64,000 nt of DNA, taken from IMG/VR virus record IMGVR_UViG_3300034069_000660, positions 1 through 64,000 of that record, one strand, 5' to 3'. Shown one piece after another: positions 17,601 through 26,039 of the stretch. The number at the start of each line of letters is the position of its first letter. Within the stretch, counting starts at the first letter, position 1. A program made the translations under genes and the position numbers. This DNA comes from a virus. The notes under the pieces were generated by a model. It was not told where the DNA came from and ran no database searches. It saw only the letters and a list, made by a program, of their open reading frames with translations.

Positions 17601-17965
17601 CCCGCCATTTTGTCGTTCCCGGCGGCAGCTGCCGCCGTTCCCTTGGCGACGCCGGCCGTGGCGTTCCCGGCCTTGCCGGCGGCCAACGTCATCGAGTCCA
17701 GCGACTTGATCAGGGAAGCGTTCGAGGTGGCGACGGCGGTGGAAGTGCGCGCCGTCTCCGTCATCGTCTTTTCGAGTGATTCGAACCGGGTGACCAGCGA
17801 ACCGATCGATTTGTCGAATTGGCCCTGATCGAACGCGGTGTTGATCGCCTTCTTCGTGGAGGCAGCGGCGTTATCGACGCCTTTCAGGTCCTGTTTGACC
17901 TTCTGCGCCCCGGTAGTGACGCCGGACGGGTCCAGCTTGCCGACGATCAGATATTCAGTCGACAC
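14630..17965 (-). CDS. Tape measure protein (1111 aa) with embedded M23 (LytM) peptidase domain
   Basis: Long Ala/Gln-rich helical protein downstream of the G/GT pair. FHRGIDIAAP..DHGGG..GNTGISTGAHLDY at about aa 490-610 (nt ~16136-16498). GTG start overlaps the end of the T frame. Confidence 0.9.
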   Translation of the reverse strand: MSTEYLIVGKLDPSGVTTGAQKVKQDLKGVDNAAASTKKAINTAFDQGQFDKSIGSLVTRFESLEKTMTETARTSTAVATSNASLIKSLDSMTLAAGKAGNATAGVAKGTAAAAAGNDKMAGSLRRVLQAVDEEAAEMAKLNSLLAEAHRLKEAGIIDDVRLAQVQKLVADGVDKSTVSIGQQRAGYTQLGFQVQDTLQTLSLGINPLVVLAQQGGQTASALSLALGTAGTAGKVATFIAGPWGSLILAGTTVLGMFAYKAYQATSALDEAVKKLKEDAKETEVADRAKVRYARSSEGVAAAIREGTKATKESIDATRTSAEAANIAAKTNLEREISIRKVTLAELEQAKVLAENARPGATGGGPGGAASLVAAQYAGRVEELAKRAKAEQAGIVEAEKRVQQTRLDLALELSDKQSTAVGRVTLEYDRQISALERTIRIQIQAGKVVDSATTRQLTQLRQRRDAAIEAQQAAERLEKSDAKAGPLTTFINPTEGRVTSGFGPRRAPTAGASTFHRGIDIAAPAGTAVKAAAGGVIVHAGKLGGLGNAIIVDHGGGTITEYGHLSSVLVQRGQRVGQGQQIGGVGNTGISTGAHLDYRVKVGGRYVDPRKGRFRTDETATEVRAARTEETAAEKAARKAEQERDFVAGVEDQAATRGIDGRADTLDARIARQLAEFKRRFDREAGPDETRRITSALTDADARETANRFDQAYVQPLQRLRAIQGVTGQDRAIMNAKLEETTRLGRELTPVEAQMIESSIRQGDALTRQVGILEAVRQPVQEYHDQIAALQALLARGAISQDQFNRSVQGLGTTASQFKAGLPGNDNLGRNFADQGAREQADRERADELGQLSTFLDQGTILYAEAAAVREAIERKHADTLRNIDYARRDIAIGAAQSTSESLLSIAEDSVGKQSAVYKGLFITSKAFAIADSVIKIQQGIANALSLPFPANIAAVATVAAQAASIVSNIQAISLNFADGGKVRGPGGPRDDAIKANLSDGEFVVNAAAVARPGNEAMLEAMNSGAVTAGLRRANNDNAATARITGGGVGDSYTMSFGDVIVQTGSETSGSDGRQIGRDVKAALTSIVREEIAAAKRPGGQLTNTRQSVMNR

Positions 17966-18308
17966 CGGCCGAGCCCTCCCTTTTCAGTTCCTCTAGCCGC
18001 CATTTGCGATCGGCAAGGTCGATCCGAAAGATCACCGCCCACAAGGCGTTCGTGAGGTCAGGGGCCAATCCCTGTCGGTCGCCATATGCCATAGCGGCAG
18101 ACCACGGGATAGGTCCGTCCGCGTTCCGTTCTGTTGTCAGATCACGGAACGCAACGTGGAAGAATTCGTCCCCCGGCACCCGGGGTGGTTCGTTCAGATA
18201 CCAGTGATCGGGAGGGAGTGGTCGCCGTTTCTTTTGCGCCGAACGGACCGAATAGCCGTCCCGTTCATAGCGCAGTTCCCACAGCCACCGCTCCGCTATC
18301 AGTTTCCC
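17955..18308 (-). CDS. -1 frameshift extension of the tail assembly chaperone (gpT-like part of the G-T fusion)
   Basis: This frame is -1 relative to ORF 18299-18775. It reads GKLIAERW... directly from the slippery site and ends overlapping the tape measure start. Confidence 0.75.
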   Translation of the reverse strand, partial: GKLIAERWLWELRYERDGYSVRSAQKKRRPLPPDHWYLNEPPRVPGDEFFHVAFRDLTTERNADGPIPWSAAMAYGDRQGLAPDLTNALWAVIFRIDLADRKWRLEELKREGSAGVD

Positions 18309-18775
18309 AACTGGCGGGCCTCGCCGTCGCTGATCGGGGGTCGGGTGACGAAATTGTAAAGGTTCTGCGCATAGTTGCGCAGCGGGTCGAACATATAGTC
18401 GGGCAGGGCGCGGAAGAACGACAGGCAGTTCTCTTCGCTGAACGGCGGTTCGCTGCCGTCTGCTGCCTTGGGGGTCCTGCCCCACCCCCTCGCACAGGTC
18501 TTCGCCAGCAGGCGACGATCGATATCCCGGTCTTCCTCGATCTGCGCCTTCATGGTGTCGATGTTCAACTTCTCCGCCCGCTTGCCGGTGGCGTCGCGCA
18601 CCGCCTTTTCCGATGCCTCGATCGACATGCGAAGGCGTTCGTCCAGATAGGCCGGGTTACTGTCGTGCGCCGGCGCAAGGATCAGCGACGGCTCCCCCGG
18701 AATCATGTCGAAGACATATTCCTTCGTCGTTTCCGGGGTCACCTTTTGAGCGGAGAAGTCGAACTTAACGGTCAT
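18299..18775 (-). CDS. Tail assembly chaperone (gpG-like, 158 aa)
   Basis: Position between the tube and tape measure genes. Ends with a slippery site leading into the -1 frame. Confidence 0.8.
   Translation of the reverse strand: MTVKFDFSAQKVTPETTKEYVFDMIPGEPSLILAPAHDSNPAYLDERLRMSIEASEKAVRDATGKRAEKLNIDTMKAQIEEDRDIDRRLLAKTCARGWGRTPKAADGSEPPFSEENCLSFFRALPDYMFDPLRNYAQNLYNFVTRPPISDGEARQLGN
18302..18308 (-). promoter_or_regulatory. Programmed -1 ribosomal frameshift slippery heptamer G GGA AAC
   Basis: X XXY YYZ heptamer in the zero frame, immediately before the chaperone stop codon. Lambda uses G GGA AAG at the equivalent G/T position. Confidence 0.8.
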
Positions 18776-18784
18776 GAGCGGTCC

Positions 18785-20302
18785 TTATGCGCAAGCGATG
18801 GTGGGGAGGATCGGGAAAAAGCTGATGCCACAGGTGAACCCCGGACCGCTATCCTCTTCGTGAGCGGCGAAGGTGTCGCTGATCAACACCGACTGGTTAG
18901 CGGGATATTCGCGGCCACCGCCGGACAGCGTCCCGGTCGGCAAGTCGAATGCGACGCCGCCGTCCCCGTTGCGCAGAACCCAGTCGAAGCCGACCGTTTT
19001 GTTGCAACGGATGCGTTCCAGCACGTCGGCGTTCGTGAACAGCATCTGGTTCTCGACGTCGCATTCGATGTTGCCGGCGTTCAGGTACTTCGGCCCGAGA
19101 ACACCAAGCACCTTCTCGCCTGCGACGTTGTTCGTCAGGGTGAAGGTCGCCGACTTGAAATCGGTGGTCAGGCCCTCTTCGTCCACGTCCTGCAATCGCA
19201 ACCGCGCGATATCGGACGCCGTGCCGAACGCCCCGGTCAGGCCGCCGGTCTTCGCTACGGTCGCGTTGGTCGCCCGCGCCGCGCCCGGCAGGGTGGTGTT
19301 CTGCCCGACGAACCCCAGCGTGATCGTGGCTTTGCCGGACAGGGGGATCGCCAGCGACAGGCTGTCGGCATAGTTGCCGATCGAATATTCCGCACCCGTC
19401 ACGCCACCGGGCAGCAGATTTGGCGAAGCCAGTTCGAACTGCGTCGACGCGATGTAGAAGTCGGGATGATCCGTCGGGACGTTGCGCACGAACTGCCCGA
19501 ACAGGATATCGATCGACACCCCGGTTCCGGCGTCGGCGACGAATGGCTGGTCGCGTTTCGCAAGCGTCAGCTTGCGCGGCGCGATGGCGCTGATCCGGGC
19601 GAAGCCGAAGTCATCGTCCTGCGCGAACTGATGCAGAACGTCGACACCCCCGATATGGATGACCTGCCCGCGCACAAGGCCAAGGACGGTGAAGTCCAGC
19701 GCGGCGGAGACAAGGTTGCCCTCGCCATCGATCGACAGATCACCCGGGGCACCCCGGACGCCCGCAATCGACACCTCGACCAGATCATCGACGGGCGGCA
19801 CCTCTGCGGCGCGGCCGGCGACAGGAACGGTGGTGCTGCCCGGGGCGGGGGCGGCGCTGATCTCCGACAGGCCGTTGTTCGTCGGATCGATGAAGCCGTG
19901 CGCGTGGACCAGCGTCTTCGCGCCACCGGCGCTATAGATCATCCGCCCGGCCTGCGCCGCCGACATGGCCGGCACGGTATAGCCGCCGCCGACCGCCGCG
20001 CTGGTCAGGTAGCTGTCACCCCCGGCACTGCGCGAGAACAGGAAGGCTTCGGCGAAGTCCCGGATATGAGTCATGGTCATGTCGGCTTCGAACTCGACCG
20101 CCGAGTCCAGATCGGTCACGACACCCTTGCGCCGTGCCCGCGCCTTGCTGATCGGGGACCTCGCCGTCTTCGCGATCGTGGCACCGAAGCTGCCGATGCT
20201 GTTCGGCTCGACCTCGAACCACTGCGGCGACACCGGCAGGACGCCTAGCGATGCCTCCCGGGTGAACGACAGCGACATTCCAGACGTGATAACGCGACCC
20301 AT
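18785..20302 (-). CDS. Major tail tube protein (505 aa)
   Basis: Position upstream of the chaperones. Strong SD (AGGAGG) after a long leader. Confidence 0.7.
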   Translation of the reverse strand: MGRVITSGMSLSFTREASLGVLPVSPQWFEVEPNSIGSFGATIAKTARSPISKARARRKGVVTDLDSAVEFEADMTMTHIRDFAEAFLFSRSAGGDSYLTSAAVGGGYTVPAMSAAQAGRMIYSAGGAKTLVHAHGFIDPTNNGLSEISAAPAPGSTTVPVAGRAAEVPPVDDLVEVSIAGVRGAPGDLSIDGEGNLVSAALDFTVLGLVRGQVIHIGGVDVLHQFAQDDDFGFARISAIAPRKLTLAKRDQPFVADAGTGVSIDILFGQFVRNVPTDHPDFYIASTQFELASPNLLPGGVTGAEYSIGNYADSLSLAIPLSGKATITLGFVGQNTTLPGAARATNATVAKTGGLTGAFGTASDIARLRLQDVDEEGLTTDFKSATFTLTNNVAGEKVLGVLGPKYLNAGNIECDVENQMLFTNADVLERIRCNKTVGFDWVLRNGDGGVAFDLPTGTLSGGGREYPANQSVLISDTFAAHEEDSGPGFTCGISFFPILPTIACA

Positions 20303-20389
20303 CGCGACCTCCTATGACCACCGGGGCACGATGCCCTTGACCCCGGGTGCATAGACTATCAGCGAACGCCCGCCAACGGCGCGACAAGC

Positions 20390-20842
20390 CTAGATGATCT
20401 GTTCATAGTCGAACCGCGCGTCGATCGTCAGGCCTCGCCACCGGCCGCCCTCGATCTCGCCAGAACCGCCAAGGGGCTCGACTTCGCCGAACCTGATATC
20501 GTGCGGTTTCAGGCGGCAGGCCTCGAATATGCGACAGGCGCGTTCGCCCAAGTCGGACAGGTTCCCGACCCCATTGCCCGGCGGTTCGCGTAGCAGGATG
20601 AACAGCTGTCCGCGTCGATCCATTTTGCGGTTGCCCGGCTTGCCGATCGTGCCGGCTCCGCCCGGGCGGCGCTGCGGCACCAAGCGCACCCACGGTGCGT
20701 CGGGCGGATCGAACGTTTCGTTGTCCAGCTGGATCGGCATCAGGGGTTTGCCATCCTGATCGACCCATGCCTCTATGAACCGGGCATAGAGGGCTTCCTG
20801 TACCTGTCGCCACACCGATTGTTCGTTCTGATCGGTCGTCAT
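20390..20842 (-). CDS. Tail terminator protein (DUF4128 / gpU-like)
   Basis: 150 aa directly upstream of the tube gene. Sequence style matches DUF4128. Confidence 0.55.
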   Translation of the reverse strand: MTTDQNEQSVWRQVQEALYARFIEAWVDQDGKPLMPIQLDNETFDPPDAPWVRLVPQRRPGGAGTIGKPGNRKMDRRGQLFILLREPPGNGVGNLSDLGERACRIFEACRLKPHDIRFGEVEPLGGSGEIEGGRWRGLTIDARFDYEQII

Positions 20843-21318
20843 TTCGGCCTCGCCTTGCTTGCCCGGCCTGCCGCTGCACGCCGTCCCCGCGCCGCCTTAT
20901 TGGCACCGGCGCTGTACGTCTCTTTGATCGCTTGCTCGATCGCGCGCCCGACGAAGCCCGGGGTCGCCTGTTGCGGGCTATGGCCGGCGTTCAGGGGCTC
21001 GATGTACGGGACGCTGTTGGTCGAGAACAGCGCGCCATCAGCAGGCTTCCACGCCAGTACGGCGTTACGCCCTTGTTCGGCCATCTGTGCCCGTTGCGCG
21101 ATATCAGCTGGCGTCGGCTCCGCCTTGTCGCTGTCAACGATCATCGGCTTTCCGACGCTTGGTAGCCAATTCGCGCTCGCCCACCCGGTGTCAACCGGCG
21201 TACCCAGCGGCGGGTTCTCCCGCAGGTTCGCATCGATATTCAGCATCAGCGCAACGACCTCGCCCCGCGTGAACAGGTCGAGGTCGGCGATGATGAAGGC
21301 GACCTGATCGTCCGCCAT
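20839..21318 (-). CDS. Head-tail joining / tail completion protein (HK97 gp10-like)
   Basis: Motif PVDTGWASANW resembles the gp10-family dTGxL motif. ATGA-coupled on both sides. Confidence 0.5.
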   Translation of the reverse strand: MADDQVAFIIADLDLFTRGEVVALMLNIDANLRENPPLGTPVDTGWASANWLPSVGKPMIVDSDKAEPTPADIAQRAQMAEQGRNAVLAWKPADGALFSTNSVPYIEPLNAGHSPQQATPGFVGRAIEQAIKETYSAGANKAARGRRAAAGRASKARPK

Positions 21319-21908
21319 TATTCGTCGGCATCATCCGACTTCGAAGCCGCGCCGCGCAATTCGGCGAGCCGGGCCTCCGCATTGGCGCGACCGCGCACGC
21401 GCTCCGGTTCGGTCAGGCCCGGCCCGGTGATATCGTAATAGCCGTTCGACCCGGCTTCGGTGATCACGAATCCGTCGCCGCCAAGGGCGTTCGCTGCCGC
21501 TGTCTCGCCGCTGATCTCCGCTGTGGTGCCGAACAGTTCGATGCCCTGCGCGATCACCGCATCCCGGCGCAGTGCCGTCGCTTCGGTGCCGGTGACGATC
21601 TCGCCTTCCCGCAGCCACGGCGCGCGGATCAGGTGCTTGTCGTCGCCAAGCGGCTCGACGACAGTCAGCCGACGTGCTGCCTGTTCGGGCTTCTCGACCG
21701 GGGTCGGGCGCGCGTCTTCGGCGTAGACGATACGACCAGCGGCCCACAGCCGGGCAGCGTCGTCGTGCAGCAGGTCACCGGGGGCGGCTGGTTCGTCGAC
21801 CACCTTCACCGGCGCAGCGGCGTGCAGGACGTGGCCGTTCAGGGTGCCGTGCCGGGCGATGGCAAGCGGACGGGTCGGGTCGAAGGCGGCGGGATCAAGG
21901 GAAGGCAT
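21318..21908 (-). CDS. Repeat-containing virion-module protein B (196 aa), paralogue of 21997-22659
   Basis: Start is M15 of ORF 21318-21950, preceded by AAAGGAG with a 6-nt spacer. Contains two copies of the ~42-aa motif. Confidence 0.6.
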   Translation of the reverse strand: MPSLDPAAFDPTRPLAIARHGTLNGHVLHAAAPVKVVDEPAAPGDLLHDDAARLWAAGRIVYAEDARPTPVEKPEQAARRLTVVEPLGDDKHLIRAPWLREGEIVTGTEATALRRDAVIAQGIELFGTTAEISGETAAANALGGDGFVITEAGSNGYYDITGPGLTEPERVRGRANAEARLAELRGAASKSDDADE

Positions 21909-21996
21909 GTCAGGCTCCTTTCGTGTCGTGTGGTCCAGATACACGAACACCCCGCCCTATGGATAGGACGGGGTGTCACGTCGATCGGATCGGTGT

Positions 21997-22659
21997 TCAG
22001 GCCGTCTGTTCGTCCTGCGGCGGCTCCCACCCTTCCGGGGGGCCAGCCAGCCGGAGTTCGGCTTGCCGCGCTTCGGCGGCCTCGGGGGTGCCGAACACCT
22101 CCGGGTCGGCAAGCCATGGTGCCGTCACCGTCCAGCTATTGTCGCCGACGCTGACGATGACGGAGGCGGCGGGCTGATCGACGCTGTCCAGCGGCTTGCC
22201 CTCCGACCGCAGCTGCGCCGCGCGTTCGCGGGCCGCCGCCTCGCCATGGACCTTTTCGGCTTCGTCCAGCCACGCCGCCTTGACCTCGAACCAGCCGTTG
22301 TCGCCCGCGATCAGGGCGACGTCATGATGGTCGTCGGGTTCACCGGCCTCGCGCAGCTGCTGCGCCGTCGCTTCGGCCTTCACCTTCCCCCGGGCGCGGA
22401 TCGGTTCGTCCAGCCAAGGGGCCGAGATATCGTAATAGCCGCCGCTGGTCTGTGTGATGACCACGGGATCGGCCGGCGCATCCTCGACCTTCGCCGGGGC
22501 GACATTGATGAAGCGCGCTTCATAGATGGTGGCGAGGCGGTGGGGTGCCGCCGTCGCCTTGTCGAAGGGTGCGCCGGCCGCGATGGCCTTGCCGGCGAAG
22601 GTGAAGCCCCGGGCAGCGACGAAGTCGTTCGAGGGATCGAAGCGGGGACGAACTGCCAC
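21997..22659 (-). CDS. Repeat-containing virion-module protein A (220 aa)
   Basis: GTG start preceded by AGGAGA. Three tandem ~42-aa repeats (GGYYDISAPWLDEP..AQQLREAG and two others). Confidence 0.6.
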   Translation of the reverse strand: MAVRPRFDPSNDFVAARGFTFAGKAIAAGAPFDKATAAPHRLATIYEARFINVAPAKVEDAPADPVVITQTSGGYYDISAPWLDEPIRARGKVKAEATAQQLREAGEPDDHHDVALIAGDNGWFEVKAAWLDEAEKVHGEAAARERAAQLRSEGKPLDSVDQPAASVIVSVGDNSWTVTAPWLADPEVFGTPEAAEARQAELRLAGPPEGWEPPQDEQTA

Positions 22660-22676
22660 GGGGCCTTCTCCTGTTG

Positions 22677-23705
22677 TTACGCCTTCGGCTTGACGGCGTT
22701 CTTGATGAACACGGCGAGGTCATCGCTGACCTTCTTCATGCCGAAGGCCTGCCGCGAATGGAAGTAATCGCTGTAGGCGCGGCCATCGCGGCCCCGGCTG
22801 ATGACGCCGCCCATATCGTTGGTCTGGCCCGGGACAAGGCTGTCCCACGCGAAGGTCGCGATGGCCGTGGGCGAGTTCAGCGACGGGTTCGGATCGATGT
22901 AGCCCAGCCACGCCGAGTCCGGATCGACGATGAAGGACAGGTCCTTGCCGCCCATCTTGTCGCCATCGGCCTTGTTCGGCACCTTCTCCGCCGCCGTGTT
23001 GTAGAGCGCCCGCGCGACCCGCAGGTTCTCGACCTCGAACAGCGCCGCCATGATCGCGTTCGTGATCGCCGCCGACGAAGTGTACTTCGTGCGGTCGATG
23101 AACTCCGGATGGTTCTTCAGCTTCTTCCGGACGTTCGAACCAAGGACCAGCGTGTTCGGCTCCATGCCGGTGGCGGCGCGGATCAGGTCCTTCCAGTCCT
23201 CGATATCGCTGATCGGCGTCGAGGCGGCATCGTCCCAGAACAGGAACTGATCGGGATCGTCGGTGTCCGGGTCCGCCGAACCGGCGATCTCCATGCCCCA
23301 GACCCCGGACTTGAAGAACGACGTCGCCCAGATGCGGTCGGCGCGGATCATCTGCTTGCCGGTCAGCAACCGGGTCGCATTTTCGTCGATGCGGCCCTGC
23401 TGGCGGCTGTTCTGCCGGGTACGGTCATCGACGACGTGTTCGAGCGCCCATTCTTCGGCGGTATAGGTGTCGTCGGTCAGACCATAGGTGACCTGCACCG
23501 GACGGCCGCCGAGCGGGCGCACCTGCGCTTCGTCGCGCCAGAAGTAACCGGGCGGGTAGACGTCGAACTTGCCGGCTTCGGCCGTGACCGTGATCCGCGA
23601 CGACGCCGCGCCGGCCACGAAGACCGTGTCGTCGGTCATCAGCGCGTAGCTGTAGTTCGTCAGATAGGCGTCGGGGTTCGTGTCCCCGGAGACTGCCTTT
23701 ACCAT
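22677..23705 (-). CDS. Major capsid protein, lambda gpE-like fold family
   Basis: 342 aa, located downstream of the decoration protein gene. Sequence style resembles the Phage_cap_E family. Confidence 0.8.
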   Translation of the reverse strand: MVKAVSGDTNPDAYLTNYSYALMTDDTVFVAGAASSRITVTAEAGKFDVYPPGYFWRDEAQVRPLGGRPVQVTYGLTDDTYTAEEWALEHVVDDRTRQNSRQQGRIDENATRLLTGKQMIRADRIWATSFFKSGVWGMEIAGSADPDTDDPDQFLFWDDAASTPISDIEDWKDLIRAATGMEPNTLVLGSNVRKKLKNHPEFIDRTKYTSSAAITNAIMAALFEVENLRVARALYNTAAEKVPNKADGDKMGGKDLSFIVDPDSAWLGYIDPNPSLNSPTAIATFAWDSLVPGQTNDMGGVISRGRDGRAYSDYFHSRQAFGMKKVSDDLAVFIKNAVKPKA

Positions 23706-23765
23706 GATCGTTTCCTTCTCCGTTACACACGGCCCCGACGGCCGGTGTGATTGCTTGGTGTGGCG

Positions 23766-24152
23766 TTATGCCGCCGTGCCGGCCCCGACCTTGGTCATGT
23801 CGAGTTCGAGCAATTCATCGCGCGCCGCGCGGTTGATGGCCTGACCGGCGATCACCTGACCGCTGGTCGCGACACGGGCGGCCCCATCGGCATCCGACGC
23901 GACGAACTGCCCCGGGTTGACCGCCGCGCCTGCGACGACCTTCAACTGGTTGCCGGTATCCACGGAGGTATGAAGACCAACGGCCTTCCCCTCCGAAATG
24001 ACACCGGCGACCTGTTCGCCGGCAGCGGCGAGCGAAAACTTCGACTCCCCGCCATCGTTGACCCGCTTGGCGAAGCGGAATTCCTTGCCGGTCAGATCGA
24101 CCGCCGAAGGCTTGGCGTCGGTCTGCGAACCGACCTGCCGGGTGACTGCCAT
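23766..24152 (-). CDS. Head decoration / capsid cement protein (DUF2190-like)
   Basis: 128-aa Gly/Ala/Val-rich beta protein immediately upstream of the capsid gene. Confidence 0.55.
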   Translation of the reverse strand: MAVTRQVGSQTDAKPSAVDLTGKEFRFAKRVNDGGESKFSLAAAGEQVAGVISEGKAVGLHTSVDTGNQLKVVAGAAVNPGQFVASDADGAARVATSGQVIAGQAINRAARDELLELDMTKVGAGTAA

Positions 24153-24194
24153 GATCGTAACTCCTGAACGATGAACTGAACGGGGCGGGGAGGC

Positions 24195-25448
24195 TTACGC
24201 CTCCGAATCCGCCGGGGCGGGATAGGCGGCGGCGTAGAGTTCGGGGGCCTCGTTACGCGCCTTCGACATGGCGTCCGACAGCGACGAATTGTCGCGCTTG
24301 CGGATTTCGGCCACCTTGCCCTCGAAGTCGCCGCGCGCCTTGGTGATATCACCCGACGGCCCGGTGCTGTCACCGCCATCGCCGGAGGTCGAGCCAAGGC
24401 TCTTGAAGATGCCCGCCGATCCCTTGTTCATCGCGTCGAGCGACTTGATCAGGTCCTTGCCCGCGTCGGTGTCCTCGCCGACCTGCACCGCCGATTTCAG
24501 GATCGTCACCGCCGTCGCCTTGGCGACGTTCGGATAGGCGGCGGCGCGCTTCTCGATCGTGTCGCCCTGCATCCCGGCGATCACCTTGTCCTGCGCGTCG
24601 AGGCGCTTCGCCATCATCAGCGCGGCGGTGCCGTCCGACTTCCGGATTTCGGTGCCGTCACCGCAGGTATAGACGATCGGGTCGCCCTTCTCGATCGCAT
24701 CGATCGTGGCCTGCTGATCGGCCGCCGACTTGGCGAGGAAGGCCTTCTGCCCGGCGGCGTCGAGCCCGTCATAGTGCTTGCGGATCGCGGGGGCCATCTT
24801 GAGGACCGCGACCTCCGCCTGCAATGCCTCGACCCGGGCGTCATCGGGGGCGGCCGGCGTCACGATCGCCAGAATGCCTTCCTTCGGCAGCGCATCCGTC
24901 TCGCCCAGATCGGTCGCGGCCTTCTGGATGATCGTGACGTGCGAGGCCGGCGACGTGGCCGGGTCGAACTTGGCGACAGCAGACAGCAGCTGCGCCTTGG
25001 TGGTGATGTTCATGGTCGTTTGCTCCTGCTGGGTAAGCCACTTCGAGATTGCGGTGCTGACCGCCGCCTCTAGGTCGGTGTCGGCGGTGCCGGTCGCGAC
25101 GCGCGCCGCTTCGGCGGCCATGCTCGCGATCTGTTGCATCGCTGCGGTAAAGTCGGCGACGGCAACAGTGCCGGTCCCGCCGTCCGCGATTTCGTCGGTC
25201 AGGGCGGTGCGGAACGCATCACGCACCGACCATTGATGTTCGAATGCCCGCCAGAACGTGTCGCTGATCTGTTCGCTGACCAACTGTCCATGCAAGGCCT
25301 CCTGAAAGGTCTTTTTCGCGATGGCTGGCGGTACCGGACCAGTCGGGGCGCGCTTCACGATCGCGACGGTCGCATGTTCCTGACATGGCCTGTCCACGAC
25401 GGCGATCTTGTCCAGCCGGATTGCGGTCAGCTTGCGTCGCACGGCCAT
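24195..25448 (-). CDS. Putative scaffolding protein (417 aa, Ala-rich helical)
   Basis: Located between the protease and the decoration/capsid genes. Start overlaps the protease stop (TGATG). Confidence 0.45.
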   Translation of the reverse strand: MAVRRKLTAIRLDKIAVVDRPCQEHATVAIVKRAPTGPVPPAIAKKTFQEALHGQLVSEQISDTFWRAFEHQWSVRDAFRTALTDEIADGGTGTVAVADFTAAMQQIASMAAEAARVATGTADTDLEAAVSTAISKWLTQQEQTTMNITTKAQLLSAVAKFDPATSPASHVTIIQKAATDLGETDALPKEGILAIVTPAAPDDARVEALQAEVAVLKMAPAIRKHYDGLDAAGQKAFLAKSAADQQATIDAIEKGDPIVYTCGDGTEIRKSDGTAALMMAKRLDAQDKVIAGMQGDTIEKRAAAYPNVAKATAVTILKSAVQVGEDTDAGKDLIKSLDAMNKGSAGIFKSLGSTSGDGGDSTGPSGDITKARGDFEGKVAEIRKRDNSSLSDAMSKARNEAPELYAAAYPAPADSEA

Positions 25449-25918
25449 CAGGAATCCTCCTCTTCGAAGGCGATCCGGCCGCCGGTCATTGAGAACCCGG
25501 TATAGGTGCCGTCCTGAAACTTTTTCAGCACGTCCGGCTCCGGTCGATAACCGACTAGAAGGCCCAGCTTCGGCGCATCGATGCCTAGTGCCTTGGCGAT
25601 ATCTTCGGTCAGTGGAAACATGAACGGATAATTTCCGGTATCCGGTCCGGCGTGCATTTCATCCCCGACAAGATGCGTTCCGGGTTCCGTTGCCTCGACA
25701 ACAGCTTTTAGGATGGCGTCATCGGTGATCGCCTCCGGAACCTTCTTTCCTTTATGGACGCCATCGACGTCGATATTCAGATCGTAATAATCTTCATACA
25801 CCCCGGCGTCATTCTTGACCTTCGAGACGATGGCAAAGCCGAAGACGATGCCGTGTGCAGCATCGACCTGCACGTCTTCCTGAACCTTGACGATCTGGGG
25901 GGCGGGCTTCGACGACAC
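25448..25918 (-). CDS. Prohead protease, XkdF-like (Peptidase_S78_2-type)
   Basis: GTG start (V63 of ORF 25448-26104) preceded by AGGAG with a 6-nt spacer. Motifs: HGIVFGFAIVS..DLNIDVDG..DEMH..GTYTGFSMTG. Confidence 0.65.
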   Translation of the reverse strand: MSSKPAPQIVKVQEDVQVDAAHGIVFGFAIVSKVKNDAGVYEDYYDLNIDVDGVHKGKKVPEAITDDAILKAVVEATEPGTHLVGDEMHAGPDTGNYPFMFPLTEDIAKALGIDAPKLGLLVGYRPEPDVLKKFQDGTYTGFSMTGGRIAFEEEDS

Positions 25919-26039
25919 AGCAAACTCCTGCGCCCGGGGCGGGCTTCCGTCGCTGTGGTGGGGGCAGGCCAGCGCCCTGAAAGGCGTCAATCCCTGTCGC
26001 GTCTCATATAACGACTCGGGTGGCCTGCATAGTGGGGCG

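Noticed and set aside
18134-20248. 704-aa plus-strand ORF, the longest non-structural ORF in the track. Similar long antisense ORFs occur at 54324-55448, 55978-57627, 58109-59548, 21973-22767, 22674-23750 and 34938-36116.
   Set aside because: Each lies exactly antisense to, or out of frame with, a gene that has clear homology (tube, ATPase, nuclease, Erf, capsid, terminase). The translations are Arg/Gly/Pro/Asp-rich low-complexity sequence, typical of shadow ORFs in high-GC DNA.
25440-25460. The protease (25448-25918) and scaffold (24195-25448) ORFs as one gene split by a frameshift or joined by programmed -1 frameshifting. The scaffold N-terminus (IRLDKIAVVDRPCQEHATVAIVKR) resembles a motif that often follows phage protease domains, and the scaffold frame is -1 and open upstream.
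   Set aside because: No X XXY YYZ slippery heptamer lies near the junction. A normal ATG overlaps the stop (TGATG), which is standard translational coupling. The resemblance is only remembered, not verified. Left as two genes.
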